A stretch of DNA of 64,000 nt from IMG/VR virus record IMGVR_UViG_2974671799_000001, positions 128,001 through 192,000 of that record; one strand, 5' to 3'. The translations under genes were made by a program, and so were the position numbers. Positions 39,305-49,912 of this stretch are shown here, in pieces; within the stretch, counting starts at the first letter, position 1, and each line of letters opens with the position of its first letter. This stretch comes from a virus (lineage: Duplodnaviria; Caudoviricetes). The notes under the pieces are model-generated. The model saw nothing but the letters and a program-made list of their open reading frames with translations, had not been told where the DNA came from and ran no database searches.

Positions 39305-39512
39305 CAAATAAAACTGTGGAGTAACCGTCGAGACTTAACCATCCTTCGGAAAAGTTATACACAAAATATATACATAGAAAAATTTAATTGAAATGATTAG
39401 GCGGTGAAATTCCGAAGTTACCATATTTTAGACTTGGTTAAGGAGTAGTTTTAATGGTCGCGAAATTATTATATTAAAGAAACCCATCACACATTTTGAT
39501 GGGTTTCTTTTT
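39305..39512 (+). ncRNA. Candidate structured ncRNA / leader upstream of thyA
   Basis: Own promoter TATCTTTG (39292-39299), nested helices, strong terminator at 39476-39512, no ORF in the track. Confidence 0.55.
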
Positions 39513-39543
39513 AAAAAAGAAATAATTAAAAACAGATAAATAT

Positions 39544-40503
39544 ATGAAGCAATATTTAGATATTTTACGCCATGTTAGAGAAAATGGTGATTTAAAAGCT
39601 GATAGAACAGGAGTTGGAACAATTTCTTGTTTTGGGTTACAGATGCAACCTATAGACCTTAGAAAAGGTTTACCAGTTGTGACGACAAAGAAAATACATT
39701 TGCCATCAGTAATTCATGAGTTATTATGGTTCTTTAAAGGTACTGATAAAATCGATTATCTTACTGAAAATAAAGTACGTATATGGAATGAATGGGCTGT
39801 TGACAACTCAATAGGTAATATGTATGGTGTTCAATGGATGAAATGGAAGTGTTCAAACGGTGAAGAGATTAACCAAATTGAAGATATGTTGGAGCTTCTT
39901 AAAACAAATCCTGATTCTAGAAGGAATGTTGTAACTTCATGGAATCCCGAAACTATTCCTGATTCAAAGAAATCATTCAAAGAAAATATCGAGAATGGGA
40001 AGGGTGCTTTAGCAAATTGTCACGGATTTTTCCAAGTTTATACGGCAATTATCCCAACATACGAAAGAATGGAACTTTTCAAAAAAGAATATCCATTAAA
40101 GTATGGAGATATGGTTTATGATAAACTAAGAACTTCCGAATTTGATGAGTATTTAGATAAAGTTGGTTTTCCAAAACGTTATTTGGATATGAAACATTAT
40201 ATCAGAAGTAATGACCTTTTCCTTGGCGCGCCTTTCAATATCACATCATATTGTTTAATGATGGAAATGATTTGTAAAGAGGTTAACATGATTCCTAGAT
40301 TTTATCATCACACTTTCGGTGATGCACATATCTATACTAATCATTTAGAACAAGTTGATTTACAATTAACTAGAGAGCCTAAAAAGCTTCCAACATTGAG
40401 ACTTAATCCGAATGTTAAGCGTGTTGTTGATTTCAGGTTTGAAGATTTTGAAATCATAGGTTATGACCCACACCCTCATATTAAAGGTAAAGTAGCAGTA
40501 TAA
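39544..40503 (+). CDS. thyA: Thymidylate synthase
   Basis: DRTGVGT, TTKK, ELLWF, IWNEWA, YG.QW, SRR, ALANCH, RSNDLFLGAPFN, GDAHIYTNH; insertion after the catalytic Cys. Confidence 0.95.
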   Translation: MKQYLDILRHVRENGDLKADRTGVGTISCFGLQMQPIDLRKGLPVVTTKKIHLPSVIHELLWFFKGTDKIDYLTENKVRIWNEWAVDNSIGNMYGVQWMKWKCSNGEEINQIEDMLELLKTNPDSRRNVVTSWNPETIPDSKKSFKENIENGKGALANCHGFFQVYTAIIPTYERMELFKKEYPLKYGDMVYDKLRTSEFDEYLDKVGFPKRYLDMKHYIRSNDLFLGAPFNITSYCLMMEMICKEVNMIPRFYHHTFGDAHIYTNHLEQVDLQLTREPKKLPTLRLNPNVKRVVDFRFEDFEIIGYDPHPHIKGKVAV

Positions 40504-40504
40504 T

Positions 40505-41218
40505 ATGGAGCTAAAGATTTTAAACAAAGTACAACTATCAAAAGCATCCGATTTAAAATTAAATCGGATGCAAATAGAAGAGTCAATCAAACAACTAAAT
40601 CTAAGAAATGATTATGGTTTTTTCGTTCCAATCGGAACTGGAAAATTAACTAACTATATTGATTTAGATGAAATAGCTTTTATTGCTTATAATTTTAGAT
40701 TAATTGATGGATGGATTACAGCCGATTTAAGAGCATCTAAAGAAGTTTATGGTTACTTTATTGATGAAGCCATTTTAAATAGCTCAGATTGGATAAAAGA
40801 GCGTATAAAATTCATTCCTGAGTATGATAACGATTTGATTATTTGGTGGAATTTAGAAAATGTTCATAGTTCTAATAAAAAGAAAAAAGAACAATTATTA
40901 GATGAGCCTAAAAAGTCTATTATTTCAAATGGTCAAAAAATGCTTAAAATGAATTTTTGTTTCCTTCTACCAAAAAACTTTAAAGGTAGTTTGGATGATG
41001 CTTTTAATTATTTTGTTGAACAATATAAGTTGAAATCAGAACTTAGTGAAATTAATGAATATGACGATGATGTTAATGTTGATAATGACCATAATGATAT
41101 CATTTATAAATGGGCTAATCTTGCACAAAAACAAGGTTATAGGTTCTATTCAGAGTCGAGTTTAAATGAAATTGAAACAGATGAAAATGGTAAAATAATG
41201 AGTATCAATTCATTGTAA
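40505..41218 (+). CDS. Hypothetical protein
   Basis: 237 aa ORF. Confidence 0.65.
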   Translation: MELKILNKVQLSKASDLKLNRMQIEESIKQLNLRNDYGFFVPIGTGKLTNYIDLDEIAFIAYNFRLIDGWITADLRASKEVYGYFIDEAILNSSDWIKERIKFIPEYDNDLIIWWNLENVHSSNKKKKEQLLDEPKKSIISNGQKMLKMNFCFLLPKNFKGSLDDAFNYFVEQYKLKSELSEINEYDDDVNVDNDHNDIIYKWANLAQKQGYRFYSESSLNEIETDENGKIMSINSL

Positions 41219-41323
41219 AATTATTGTAAATAAAATACAAAAACAGTTGCATAATATGTAACTGTTTTTTAATTTTGCGGTAAAGTATAAATAATAATAC
41301 ACACATTAAATTAGTTAACATAT

Positions 41324-42316
41324 ATGGAAGGACAAAACACACAAATCGAGCCTATTTTGGTTGAAAATCCTAATAGATTCGTTATATTCCCAATTCAACA
41401 TAATGATATTTGGGAAATGTATAAAAATCAACAAGCGATGTACTGGACGGCAGAGGAATTGGATTTACAATCAGACTTGAATGATTGGAATAACAAGCTT
41501 AATGATAATGAAAGATACTATATCAAACACATCTTAGCATTCTTTGCGGCATCTGATGGAATTGTAAATGAAAATCTTTGTGAAAACTTTGTTGCAGAAG
41601 TTCAATATACAGAAGCTAAATTTTTCTACAGTTTTCAAATGATGATGGAAAATATTCACTCTGAAACATATTCACTTTTAATTGATACATATGTTAAAGA
41701 TGAATTAGAAAAAGATAAATTATTTAAGGCAATCGAAAACTTTCCTGCAATAAAAGAAAAAGCTGAATGGGCTTTAAAATGGATTGAATCTCCATCGTTT
41801 GCTGAAAGACTTATTGCGTTCGCCGCTGTTGAGGGAATTTTCTTTAGTGGTGCTTTTTGTTCTATTTTTTGGCTTAAAAAACGTGGTCTTATGGCAGGTC
41901 TTACATTCTCTAATGAGTTGATTTCTCGTGATGAAGGATTACATTGTGACTTCGCAATACACTTGCATAAGAATCATGTTATTAATCAAGTACCTAAAGA
42001 AAGAATTACAGAAATTTTAGTTTCAGCATTGGATATAGAGCGTGGTTTCATTACAGAATCTTTACCAGTTAGTTTAATTGGTATGAACTCAAAATTAATG
42101 ACACAGTACTTAGAATTTGTTACAGATAGATTATTGACAGAGTTCGGATGTGAAAAGGTTTACAACTCTCAAAATCCTTTTGATTTCATGGAAATGCAAT
42201 CACTACAAGGTAAAACAAACTTCTTTGAGAAGAGAGTTTCGGAGTATCAAAAAGCGGGTGTTAAAAATAGCGCATTCGGTAAAAAAGATACATTCGATAT
42301 TGACTTAGATTTTTAA
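41324..42316 (+). CDS. nrdB: Ribonucleotide reductase class Ia beta subunit
   Basis: [46 protein letters not shown]. Confidence 0.97.
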   Translation: MEGQNTQIEPILVENPNRFVIFPIQHNDIWEMYKNQQAMYWTAEELDLQSDLNDWNNKLNDNERYYIKHILAFFAASDGIVNENLCENFVAEVQYTEAKFFYSFQMMMENIHSETYSLLIDTYVKDELEKDKLFKAIENFPAIKEKAEWALKWIESPSFAERLIAFAAVEGIFFSGAFCSIFWLKKRGLMAGLTFSNELISRDEGLHCDFAIHLHKNHVINQVPKERITEILVSALDIERGFITESLPVSLIGMNSKLMTQYLEFVTDRLLTEFGCEKVYNSQNPFDFMEMQSLQGKTNFFEKRVSEYQKAGVKNSAFGKKDTFDIDLDF

Positions 42317-42393
42317 TCAAACCAAAAATATAAAACAATTTATGAACCGCTTTTTTAAAGCGGTTCTTTAACCTACAAAACCATTATTTTTAA

Positions 42394-44823
42394 ATGAAAG
42401 TTACCAAGAGAAACGGTTCTACCGAAGAAATGAAGTTCGATAAAATTGTGAAAAGAATTTCATCTATGTGTAAAGGTCTTAATGAAGTAATAGACCCACA
42501 AAAAGTTGCATTAGATATTATGAACGGTCTTTATGATTGTGTATCTACTAGTGAAATAGATACATATATTGCCGAAGTTTGTGCAACAAAAGCAACTATA
42601 CATCCTGATTATTTGAAATTAGCATCAAATATTTCAATTTCAAATCTTCACAAAAACACTAAAAAAACATTCTCGTCAGTTGTGAAAGACCTTTACAACT
42701 ACGTAAATCCTAAAAATGGAAAGCATTCACCAATCGTTTCAAAAGAAATTTTAGATGTTGTTACAGCTAATAGTGCAAAAATAAACGCATATATCGACTA
42801 TGAACGCGATTATGGTTATGATTATATCGGTTTCAGAACACTTGAAAGAGCTTACTTATTAAAAATTGATGGTAAAATTGCAGAACGACCTCAACATATG
42901 TTGATGAGAGTTTCTTTAGGTATTCATGGTGATGATTTAGAAAATGCATTCAAGACATATGATTTAATGTCTAATAGAAAAATGACTCATGCAACACCTA
43001 CATTATTTAATTCGGGTACACCTAGACCTCAAATGTCTTCATGTTTCTTGATTGATATGAAAGAAGATTCAATAGATGGTATTTATGATACTTTAAAAAT
43101 TTGTGCTAAGATTTCTCAATATGCGGGTGGTATTGGTTTAAATACACATAAAATTCGTTCTACTGGTTCGTATATTGCGGGTACAAATGGTTACTCAAAT
43201 GGTTTAGTACCTATGTTGAAGGTTTTCAATGAAACAGCACGCTACGTTGACCAAGGAGGTGGAAAGAGAAAAGGTTCATTTGCAATGTATTTAGAACCTT
43301 GGCACGCTGATATTATGGATTTCTTAGACCTAAAAAAGAATCACGGAAAGGAAGAAATGAGAGCAAGAGATTTATTCTATGCATTGTGGATTAATGACCT
43401 TTTCATGGAAAAAGTTTTTGCTGATGAATATTGGTATTTAATGTCACCAAGCGATTCAAAAGGTCTTAATAAAGTACACGGTGAAGAGTTCAATGAACTT
43501 TATAATAAGTATATTGAAGAAGGTAAATATGTTGCTAAAATTAAAGCACGTCACTTATGGGAAAAGATTTTAGTATCTCAGATTGAAACAGGTACACCAT
43601 ACATGGCTTACAAGGATTCAGCTAACAGGAAATCAAATCAACAAAATTTAGGAACAATACAATCATCAAATTTATGTATTGAAATCATGGAATATACAGC
43701 ACCTGATGAAGTTGCAGTATGTAATCTAGCATCAATTTCATTACCATCATGTTTAAAACTTAATGAAGATGGCACTTATATGATTGATTATACAGACCTT
43801 TATGAAACAGCTTATCAAACTGCTTTAAATTTAGATAAAGTTATCGATAAGAATTTTTATCCTGTCGAAGAGGCTAGAAACTCAAACATGAAACATAGAC
43901 CTATCGGAATGGGTGTGCAAGGTTTAGCTGATTTATTCGCTATGTTAAAATTACCATTCACATCTGATGAAGCAAAAGAAATTAACAAGAACTTACACGA
44001 GGTTATTTATTTCGCAGGTTTAACAGCTTCTAAAGACTTGGCAAAAGTTCATGGAGCTTATGAAACTTTCAAAGGTTCACCATTATCTGATGGTAAATTC
44101 CAATTCGATTTATGGGGTGTTAATGCTTCTGAATTAAGTGGTTTATGTGATTGGGATTCTTTAAGAAAAGAAATTATTGAATATGGTGTTAGAAACTCTT
44201 TAGTTACTGCTTTAATGCCTACAGCATCAACAGGTCAAATCATGGGTAATAATGAATGTTTCGAGGCTTTCACATCAAACATCTATTTAAGACGTATTTT
44301 GAGTGGTGAATTTACTATGATTAATAAGTATTTAATTGAAGATTTGATGAAATTAGGTCTTTGGAATGATGAAATGAGACAACATATCATGTATAGAAAA
44401 GGTTCTATTCAGGAAATAGATTCTATACCACAAAACCTAAAGGATATTTATAAGACTGTTTATGAAATGTCTATGAAGGATATTATTGATATGTCTGCTG
44501 ATAGAGGTTTATTCATTGACCAATCACAGTCATTGAATTTGTTCATGGAGAATCCAACAGAACAAAAGTTAACATCTATGCACTTTTACGCATGGAAGAA
44601 AGGTTTAAAAACTGGTATGTATTACCTAAGAACAAAATCAGCTTCTGATGCTAAGATGGTAACTATTGACCCTGAATTAATTAAGAAGTTTGAAAACCAA
44701 GAGCTTTTAGAAACTCCTAGAGAAAAACCTATGTCAATGGATGAATATAAAGCAATGCTCGAAAAGAGTAGATTAGCTTCCGAAAGTGGAAACGATGAAG
44801 ACTGTTTAATGTGTGGGTCTTAA
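42394..44823 (+). CDS. nrdA: Ribonucleotide reductase class Ia alpha subunit with ATP cone
   Basis: VTKRNG ATP cone, [39 protein letters not shown]-terminal CLMCGS. Confidence 0.97.
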   Translation: MKVTKRNGSTEEMKFDKIVKRISSMCKGLNEVIDPQKVALDIMNGLYDCVSTSEIDTYIAEVCATKATIHPDYLKLASNISISNLHKNTKKTFSSVVKDLYNYVNPKNGKHSPIVSKEILDVVTANSAKINAYIDYERDYGYDYIGFRTLERAYLLKIDGKIAERPQHMLMRVSLGIHGDDLENAFKTYDLMSNRKMTHATPTLFNSGTPRPQMSSCFLIDMKEDSIDGIYDTLKICAKISQYAGGIGLNTHKIRSTGSYIAGTNGYSNGLVPMLKVFNETARYVDQGGGKRKGSFAMYLEPWHADIMDFLDLKKNHGKEEMRARDLFYALWINDLFMEKVFADEYWYLMSPSDSKGLNKVHGEEFNELYNKYIEEGKYVAKIKARHLWEKILVSQIETGTPYMAYKDSANRKSNQQNLGTIQSSNLCIEIMEYTAPDEVAVCNLASISLPSCLKLNEDGTYMIDYTDLYETAYQTALNLDKVIDKNFYPVEEARNSNMKHRPIGMGVQGLADLFAMLKLPFTSDEAKEINKNLHEVIYFAGLTASKDLAKVHGAYETFKGSPLSDGKFQFDLWGVNASELSGLCDWDSLRKEIIEYGVRNSLVTALMPTASTGQIMGNNECFEAFTSNIYLRRILSGEFTMINKYLIEDLMKLGLWNDEMRQHIMYRKGSIQEIDSIPQNLKDIYKTVYEMSMKDIIDMSADRGLFIDQSQSLNLFMENPTEQKLTSMHFYAWKKGLKTGMYYLRTKSASDAKMVTIDPELIKKFENQELLETPREKPMSMDEYKAMLEKSRLASESGNDEDCLMCGS

Positions 44824-44913
44824 TCACAAAAAATCCGATTCAATTTTTGAATCGGATTTTTTAATTTTTGTGTTCAAACTATAAATAAAGTATATTAAAA
44901 AACAATTTGGAAA

Positions 44914-45360
44914 ATGAATAGTTTAGAATCTTATTATTTGGCAGAATGTGCCGAAGAAAAAATATATAATAACGTATCATTAATGTTCGAATCAAAATTA
45001 GATGGTGATGAACTTGAAATGAAAGACGTTGATGGTGATGGTGAAATGGATGAGTTCTATTTACTAATGGGAAATATCATAGATGATGAGTTAGAAAAAC
45101 AATTTCCATCAGATGAAGAGGATGAAGAAGAAACTAACGAGAGTGTTAAAGCTCGCGCACCAAAGCTTAAAGGGAAGGCATTAAAAGCTAGAAAAGCAAA
45201 AGCTAATATTATGAGGTCAATTATGGCTGAAAAAGAAGTACAAGAAGCTGTAAGCCGTCTTAAAGCTATTCTTATGCGTAAGGCTAAATCAATCTCATCA
45301 TCAAATGGTTTCAATAACAGACAAGTTCAAAAAGCGTTTAAAGGTAAAATAAAAATTTAA
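44914..45360 (+). CDS. Probable internal head protein (acidic N half, basic C half)
   Basis: TATAAATA at 44880-44887; MNSLESYYLAE..MFES..TNES. Confidence 0.55.
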   Translation: MNSLESYYLAECAEEKIYNNVSLMFESKLDGDELEMKDVDGDGEMDEFYLLMGNIIDDELEKQFPSDEEDEEETNESVKARAPKLKGKALKARKAKANIMRSIMAEKEVQEAVSRLKAILMRKAKSISSSNGFNNRQVQKAFKGKIKI

Positions 45361-45361
45361 T

Positions 45362-45994
45362 ATGAAAGATATTTCAGTTTATATAAATGAAAAGTTAGGA
45401 AACTCAATAAATGAAGGTAAAAAAGATACTAAAATTGAGTATATCGTTAAAATGATTAAACATGAGTTTGGCTCAAAACACAATCTTAATGTTTTAGATT
45501 TTAATGATAAAGAAATTACTTTCGATATTTCAAACTTCAATGATGATAATAAAGTTCTTAAATGGGCAACTGGTATTCTTAATAGAATGTATGGCGATAA
45601 AAGGCGACCTAAAATGATGGATGCTATCACAAAAGATGGTAAATTAATCATCAATGTAAAAGATGCTAGTGTTAATGAAAGTGAGGAAATTGATGATGAA
45701 GGTAAGATTGTCGAGGCTGAACAGATAGACCCAAAAACACTTTATAAAAAAGCTAATAATGACCTTATGGTTATTCTTAGAGAATTAGGTTTAGGTGCAA
45801 CACCTAGAATTGATGAACTTTGGAGTGGTGTACAAGGATTACAAGTTGAGTGCAAAATCTCTTCTCATGTTGAATATCCAATGATTACTATGGAAAATAT
45901 GAAGGTTATATCTAAGTTGAAAACTGTTAGGTATATTAGTTTTAGAGACTTTCAACACGGATATTTCCAAGTTTACTTCAAGCACGAAAATTAA
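45362..45994 (+). CDS. Probable internal head protein, two E-delimited modules
   Basis: MKDISVYINE..SINEG..VNES..IVEA. Confidence 0.55.
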   Translation: MKDISVYINEKLGNSINEGKKDTKIEYIVKMIKHEFGSKHNLNVLDFNDKEITFDISNFNDDNKVLKWATGILNRMYGDKRRPKMMDAITKDGKLIINVKDASVNESEEIDDEGKIVEAEQIDPKTLYKKANNDLMVILRELGLGATPRIDELWSGVQGLQVECKISSHVEYPMITMENMKVISKLKTVRYISFRDFQHGYFQVYFKHEN

Positions 45995-46057
45995 TAAATT
46001 GTACAAATATCCTAGCTTATGTTAGGATATTTCGTTTTAAAACATTATATTTGTAGT

Positions 46058-46786
46058 ATGAAAGAAACAAACTCATATCATATACCATACGATAAATTGA
46101 AAGACCATGCGAGAGGTGGTGTAGTAATTTATAATGGTATTTTTTACAAAATTAAATACTTAGACGATAAAACATTTTCTGCTTATAAAGGTAAAGAAAC
46201 ATTTGAAGGTAGAAATATGCACTTACACCCTTATGGGAAAAGTAAGAACGGAACTATCGTTAATTTTGGTCAAGAACTACCTTTTTTCATGTATAACCAA
46301 AATCAAAATAGAAAAGATGTTCCAAAGGAAGAAATTAACGGAACTGATTTTGATAAAGTTAAAACAGATTCATATTTAGGTTTACTTAGAGCAAACTTGA
46401 CAACACATATCGTTCAATATAATGAAAAAGATGGTGGATTCGTTGTTTTTGATGATGGTAATAATGTTTTTCTTAAATTAAGAAATGGAAAAAATATCAC
46501 TTTACCAAAGAAAAATTTACACTATGTTAAAAATCATTATGTGAAAGGTAAATATAAAAAGCTTTGGTTCAAATATGACCCTAAAAAGGAATTACCAATG
46601 CAAGTTCAACAATTACCAGTTAAAGGCGATGCATATAAAGAATACTTAGAATTAAAGGCTAAATTTGACCCTGATTACCAAAGAACTGATGATTATAGAG
46701 TGTATAAATCTCAACAGGCAATACATGATAAAATGAAAAGACTTTGGGAAAAATTAACACCAAAACAGAAAAAGAAAGTAGCATAA
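46058..46786 (+). CDS. Hypothetical basic protein (probably leaderless mRNA)
   Basis: ATG 46058 lies 4 nt after TATATTTG (46046-46053). Confidence 0.65.
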   Translation: MKETNSYHIPYDKLKDHARGGVVIYNGIFYKIKYLDDKTFSAYKGKETFEGRNMHLHPYGKSKNGTIVNFGQELPFFMYNQNQNRKDVPKEEINGTDFDKVKTDSYLGLLRANLTTHIVQYNEKDGGFVVFDDGNNVFLKLRNGKNITLPKKNLHYVKNHYVKGKYKKLWFKYDPKKELPMQVQQLPVKGDAYKEYLELKAKFDPDYQRTDDYRVYKSQQAIHDKMKRLWEKLTPKQKKKVA

Positions 46787-46787
46787 A

Positions 46788-47582
46788 ATGAAAATATTTA
46801 ATAAAGATTTAGAAACATATATTAGCGAAAACCTAAAATCTACAATGACTATTGAAGAAATAGTTAATCAAAATCATGGAGAAGTTAGTATATATGTTGA
46901 CCGTGGAATGAAAGGTTTTAAAAATGATATTGATAAAGCAATATCATTAGTTCCAAAATCTGCTGTTCCTAACATCATTGCACCATTAAACGCTAAAACA
47001 TATAATGATATGATTGGTTATAAACTTGACCCTCGTATGAAAATGGCTTTCGGTGTTACTTTCCAATCAGATGATGTTATTATACCAATGCAGTATGCAA
47101 CAGATTTCATTAAGGATGAAGCTAGAAAAATGTCATTATATAAGAATGATTTAGATGGTTGGAATAGAGTTTTAGAAATCAAAAAAGATATTAGAGTCTA
47201 TTCGAAATCATTTAAGAAAAATGTTTTCCAAGTATGTCTTTTTAACCCAAAGTATAAAAATTCTAAGGGTATGACTGTAGCAAAAAAGGATTTAAACGAT
47301 AAATATATTAGTAAGCATGGTGTTCGTAGAACTGTTACTGAAACTGCTTTAGGTGTTATTGTTCATGAGTTTGGTCACGTTTATGATAGTAGAAATAAAG
47401 TTTCTAAAAGTTCGGGATGGTCTGAAATACACATGAAATGGAAACATTTAAAAGATTGTCCGTTATACATTAAAGAAAGTGCATCGGAAGCATTCTCAGA
47501 AGCTTTTGCAAACTACTTTATTGATAAAGGAAAAGATTTACCCGATTTCGTTTTAGAATATTGTAAAAAGAATTTTAAATAG
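46788..47582 (+). CDS. Zincin metallopeptidase with capsid-targeting-like leader
   Basis: VIVHEFGHVYD..Y..SEAFSEAF; leader MKIFNKDLETYISE; TAG stop. Confidence 0.75.
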   Translation: MKIFNKDLETYISENLKSTMTIEEIVNQNHGEVSIYVDRGMKGFKNDIDKAISLVPKSAVPNIIAPLNAKTYNDMIGYKLDPRMKMAFGVTFQSDDVIIPMQYATDFIKDEARKMSLYKNDLDGWNRVLEIKKDIRVYSKSFKKNVFQVCLFNPKYKNSKGMTVAKKDLNDKYISKHGVRRTVTETALGVIVHEFGHVYDSRNKVSKSSGWSEIHMKWKHLKDCPLYIKESASEAFSEAFANYFIDKGKDLPDFVLEYCKKNFK

Positions 47583-47799
47583 GAGTCAAGCAAGAGACAC
47601 AAAATAATTGAAACGTAGTTGATAGATTGAGTATCATTCGCGTATGACTCCAAAATATACCAACGCTAGGACACGTTGTATAGTCGCTTGTTAATGCAAT
47701 ATAAAAGTTATTGCAAGAACTTTTGTTAGTCACTATTCGTGCCGTTGGAATGTAAATCCCGACAAGGTTAAAACCCACTCTTTAAAGAGTGGGTTTTTT
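47582..47799 (+). ncRNA. Candidate structured ncRNA
   Basis: GC-richer intergenic segment with GGAGTCA/TGACTCC, TGATA/TATCA, CAACG/CGTTG and TGCAATA/TATTGCA helices; terminator at 47770-47799. Confidence 0.5.
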
Positions 47800-47901
47800 A
47801 TTGCGAATATGAAAAAATTAAAAATATTTTTAAATAATTATAACGATTAAATAAAATATTATAGTATATTTGTATTACACTTAGAAATAAAAACAAATAG
47901 T

Positions 47902-48246
47902 ATGAATAATTTAAAATTTAAAACACCTGATAAAAACAATAAGACTTATACAGAAGCACTTAAAACTGTTTTTAGTGAGCTTGTGGATATTGATACTAAA
48001 TATGTTGATATAAAGCCTAAAAAGACCCTTAAAATAGCTTATTATATGGTTATTTCTGATATTATGGTGATATCACTAGTTAATGGTTGTGAATTATTAT
48101 TATCGTATGGTGATGATATTGTTTGTATAGATGATAAAACTTATTATGGATGTACTGGTGGTGATTTCGAACTTATAAATTTAAATCCCGATTTTGTTAA
48201 AATTAATAGTGATTTTGAGAATGGTGTAATTTTTAAAAATAAATAA
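47902..48246 (+). CDS. Hypothetical protein
   Basis: After TATATTTG at 47865-47872. Confidence 0.65.
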   Translation: MNNLKFKTPDKNNKTYTEALKTVFSELVDIDTKYVDIKPKKTLKIAYYMVISDIMVISLVNGCELLLSYGDDIVCIDDKTYYGCTGGDFELINLNPDFVKINSDFENGVIFKNK

Positions 48247-48254
48247 AATAAATT

Positions 48255-48557
48255 ATGAACGAACTTATTTTTAACCTTATGGTTGAACTTACTACATATG
48301 GTATTCAACCAAAAATGTGTAGAGATTTTGAGAATATTCTCTATATTGATTTAGATACTTATGCAAAATCACACTTATATCTTTACTTAGATGGTAAAAT
48401 AGTAGGTCGATATGAATACACATATCAGCTTGATTTGTCTAAAAGTATCAATGATTTACTTGTAGATTTAGGTGAAGAGTTTAAGAAATCAACTCATGGG
48501 AGAGGTGGGAATGATGCATGGTTTAATCTATGTCAACAATTAGGTATTAACATTTAA
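48255..48557 (+). CDS. Hypothetical protein
   Basis: 100 aa ORF. Confidence 0.65.
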   Translation: MNELIFNLMVELTTYGIQPKMCRDFENILYIDLDTYAKSHLYLYLDGKIVGRYEYTYQLDLSKSINDLLVDLGEEFKKSTHGRGGNDAWFNLCQQLGINI

Positions 48558-48568
48558 AACAAATAAAT

Positions 48569-49126
48569 ATGTGGCAAGGAATTAAAAGAGAAGACTATAA
48601 ATTAATAGTTGAATCAAGACAATTAGCATTTAGTGCGCACGACCGTTGGACTAATCATGATTATAAAAAAGGCGTTGGATATTCTTATCACCTGCAAATG
48701 GCTGTTGATTTTGGTATCATGTTCTTACACCTTTTAGAACCCGAAGAAAGAGCTATTGCTATTTCAGGTATTTACTTACATGATGCTGTAGAAGATGTTC
48801 GTTTAACCAAAAATGACATAATCAAGTCAATAGAAAATAAAAGAGTGGCACAATTATCATGTAATATGTGTTGTGATATTTGGGGTGGAACTCGTGATGA
48901 AAGAAATTCACCAAGCTACTATAAAAGAGTTAATAGCGATAAACTTAGTGTTTATGGTAAACTATGTGATAGAATGGCTAATATTACTGAATCTATATTA
49001 ACTAAAGGTGAACCGACTGATTTTTATATCGATGAAATGGAAGATTTCTTATCTAAATTAGATATTGATAAAAATGGTTTCCAAGAAATGAGTTTATATC
49101 TTAAAGAAATTGCAGGATTTCATTAA
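48569..49126 (+). CDS. HD-domain hydrolase, RelA/SpoT hydrolase (Mesh1)-like
   Basis: AF.AH..YSYHL..IYLHDAVEDV..KLCDRMANI. Confidence 0.8.
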   Translation: MWQGIKREDYKLIVESRQLAFSAHDRWTNHDYKKGVGYSYHLQMAVDFGIMFLHLLEPEERAIAISGIYLHDAVEDVRLTKNDIIKSIENKRVAQLSCNMCCDIWGGTRDERNSPSYYKRVNSDKLSVYGKLCDRMANITESILTKGEPTDFYIDEMEDFLSKLDIDKNGFQEMSLYLKEIAGFH

Positions 49127-49236
49127 ATAGGTTGATAAGAATGTTAAATTTTGAAAGTTTTTTAGATTTGCTATTGTAAAACTAAAAAACTTTCATATAT
49201 TTGTAGTGTATTTATTAAACATCAAAACAAAACATT

Positions 49237-49515
49237 ATGTCAATCGCAAGAGAAATTTTAACAGTAATCGAGAAAACAAACCAAATCGCATTAGTTGTAG
49301 CAGATGAACACACAATCGGTTATATTGTTCCTGAATGTCCTAATAAATTTCTAGTATTAAGACCAAATTTAGGTTCTTGGATGAAAGATGGTAGTGCAAC
49401 TACTTTAGATAATATCAGTGAATTAAGATTATTAGAAACTAAAGATTTCGAAGAGTATAAACTATGTGGTGAAGGTTACATAAGAGACACTACAAATTAC
49501 TATTTTAATAGATAA
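49237..49515 (+). CDS. Hypothetical protein
   Basis: After TATATTTG at 49196-49203. Confidence 0.65.
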   Translation: MSIAREILTVIEKTNQIALVVADEHTIGYIVPECPNKFLVLRPNLGSWMKDGSATTLDNISELRLLETKDFEEYKLCGEGYIRDTTNYYFNR

Positions 49516-49597
49516 TAAAAAATAAAGTTAGATTTCCTTTGTTGGAAGTCTAACTTTTCTTATATTTACAAAGAATTTAATATTAATTAAAAACAAA

Positions 49598-49912
49598 ATG
49601 GAAAAATTAAATCTAATGGGTGTCGAAAGACCATTGAAAACTAGGTGTAAAATCAAGGAATTTGTTAGTTGTATGGTTTTCGAAGGAAATAAACTACCTA
49701 GAAAAGCAAAGAAAAAGTATTTAAAAACATATAATAGAGACACATACCGTAATATAATATTTCTAAACAAAATTAAAGATGAAATGTTAAAAGGCATTCC
49801 ATTAAAGTTTCAGTTACCCGCAGGAATTGGTAAAACAAATATGATATTGAATAATATTATATTTGGTGTAACCCCTAAAATTACTCACAATCCTATAACA
49901 ATTTTACCATAA
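49598..49912 (+). CDS. Hypothetical basic protein
   Basis: 104 aa, KLPRKAKKK. Confidence 0.6.
   Translation: MEKLNLMGVERPLKTRCKIKEFVSCMVFEGNKLPRKAKKKYLKTYNRDTYRNIIFLNKIKDEMLKGIPLKFQLPAGIGKTNMILNNIIFGVTPKITHNPITILP

Noticed and set aside
39544-40503. dCMP hydroxymethylase / DNA modification enzyme
   Set aside because: It retains the dUMP-specifying Asn (GAPFN) and the other canonical ThyA motifs; DHFR is also present.
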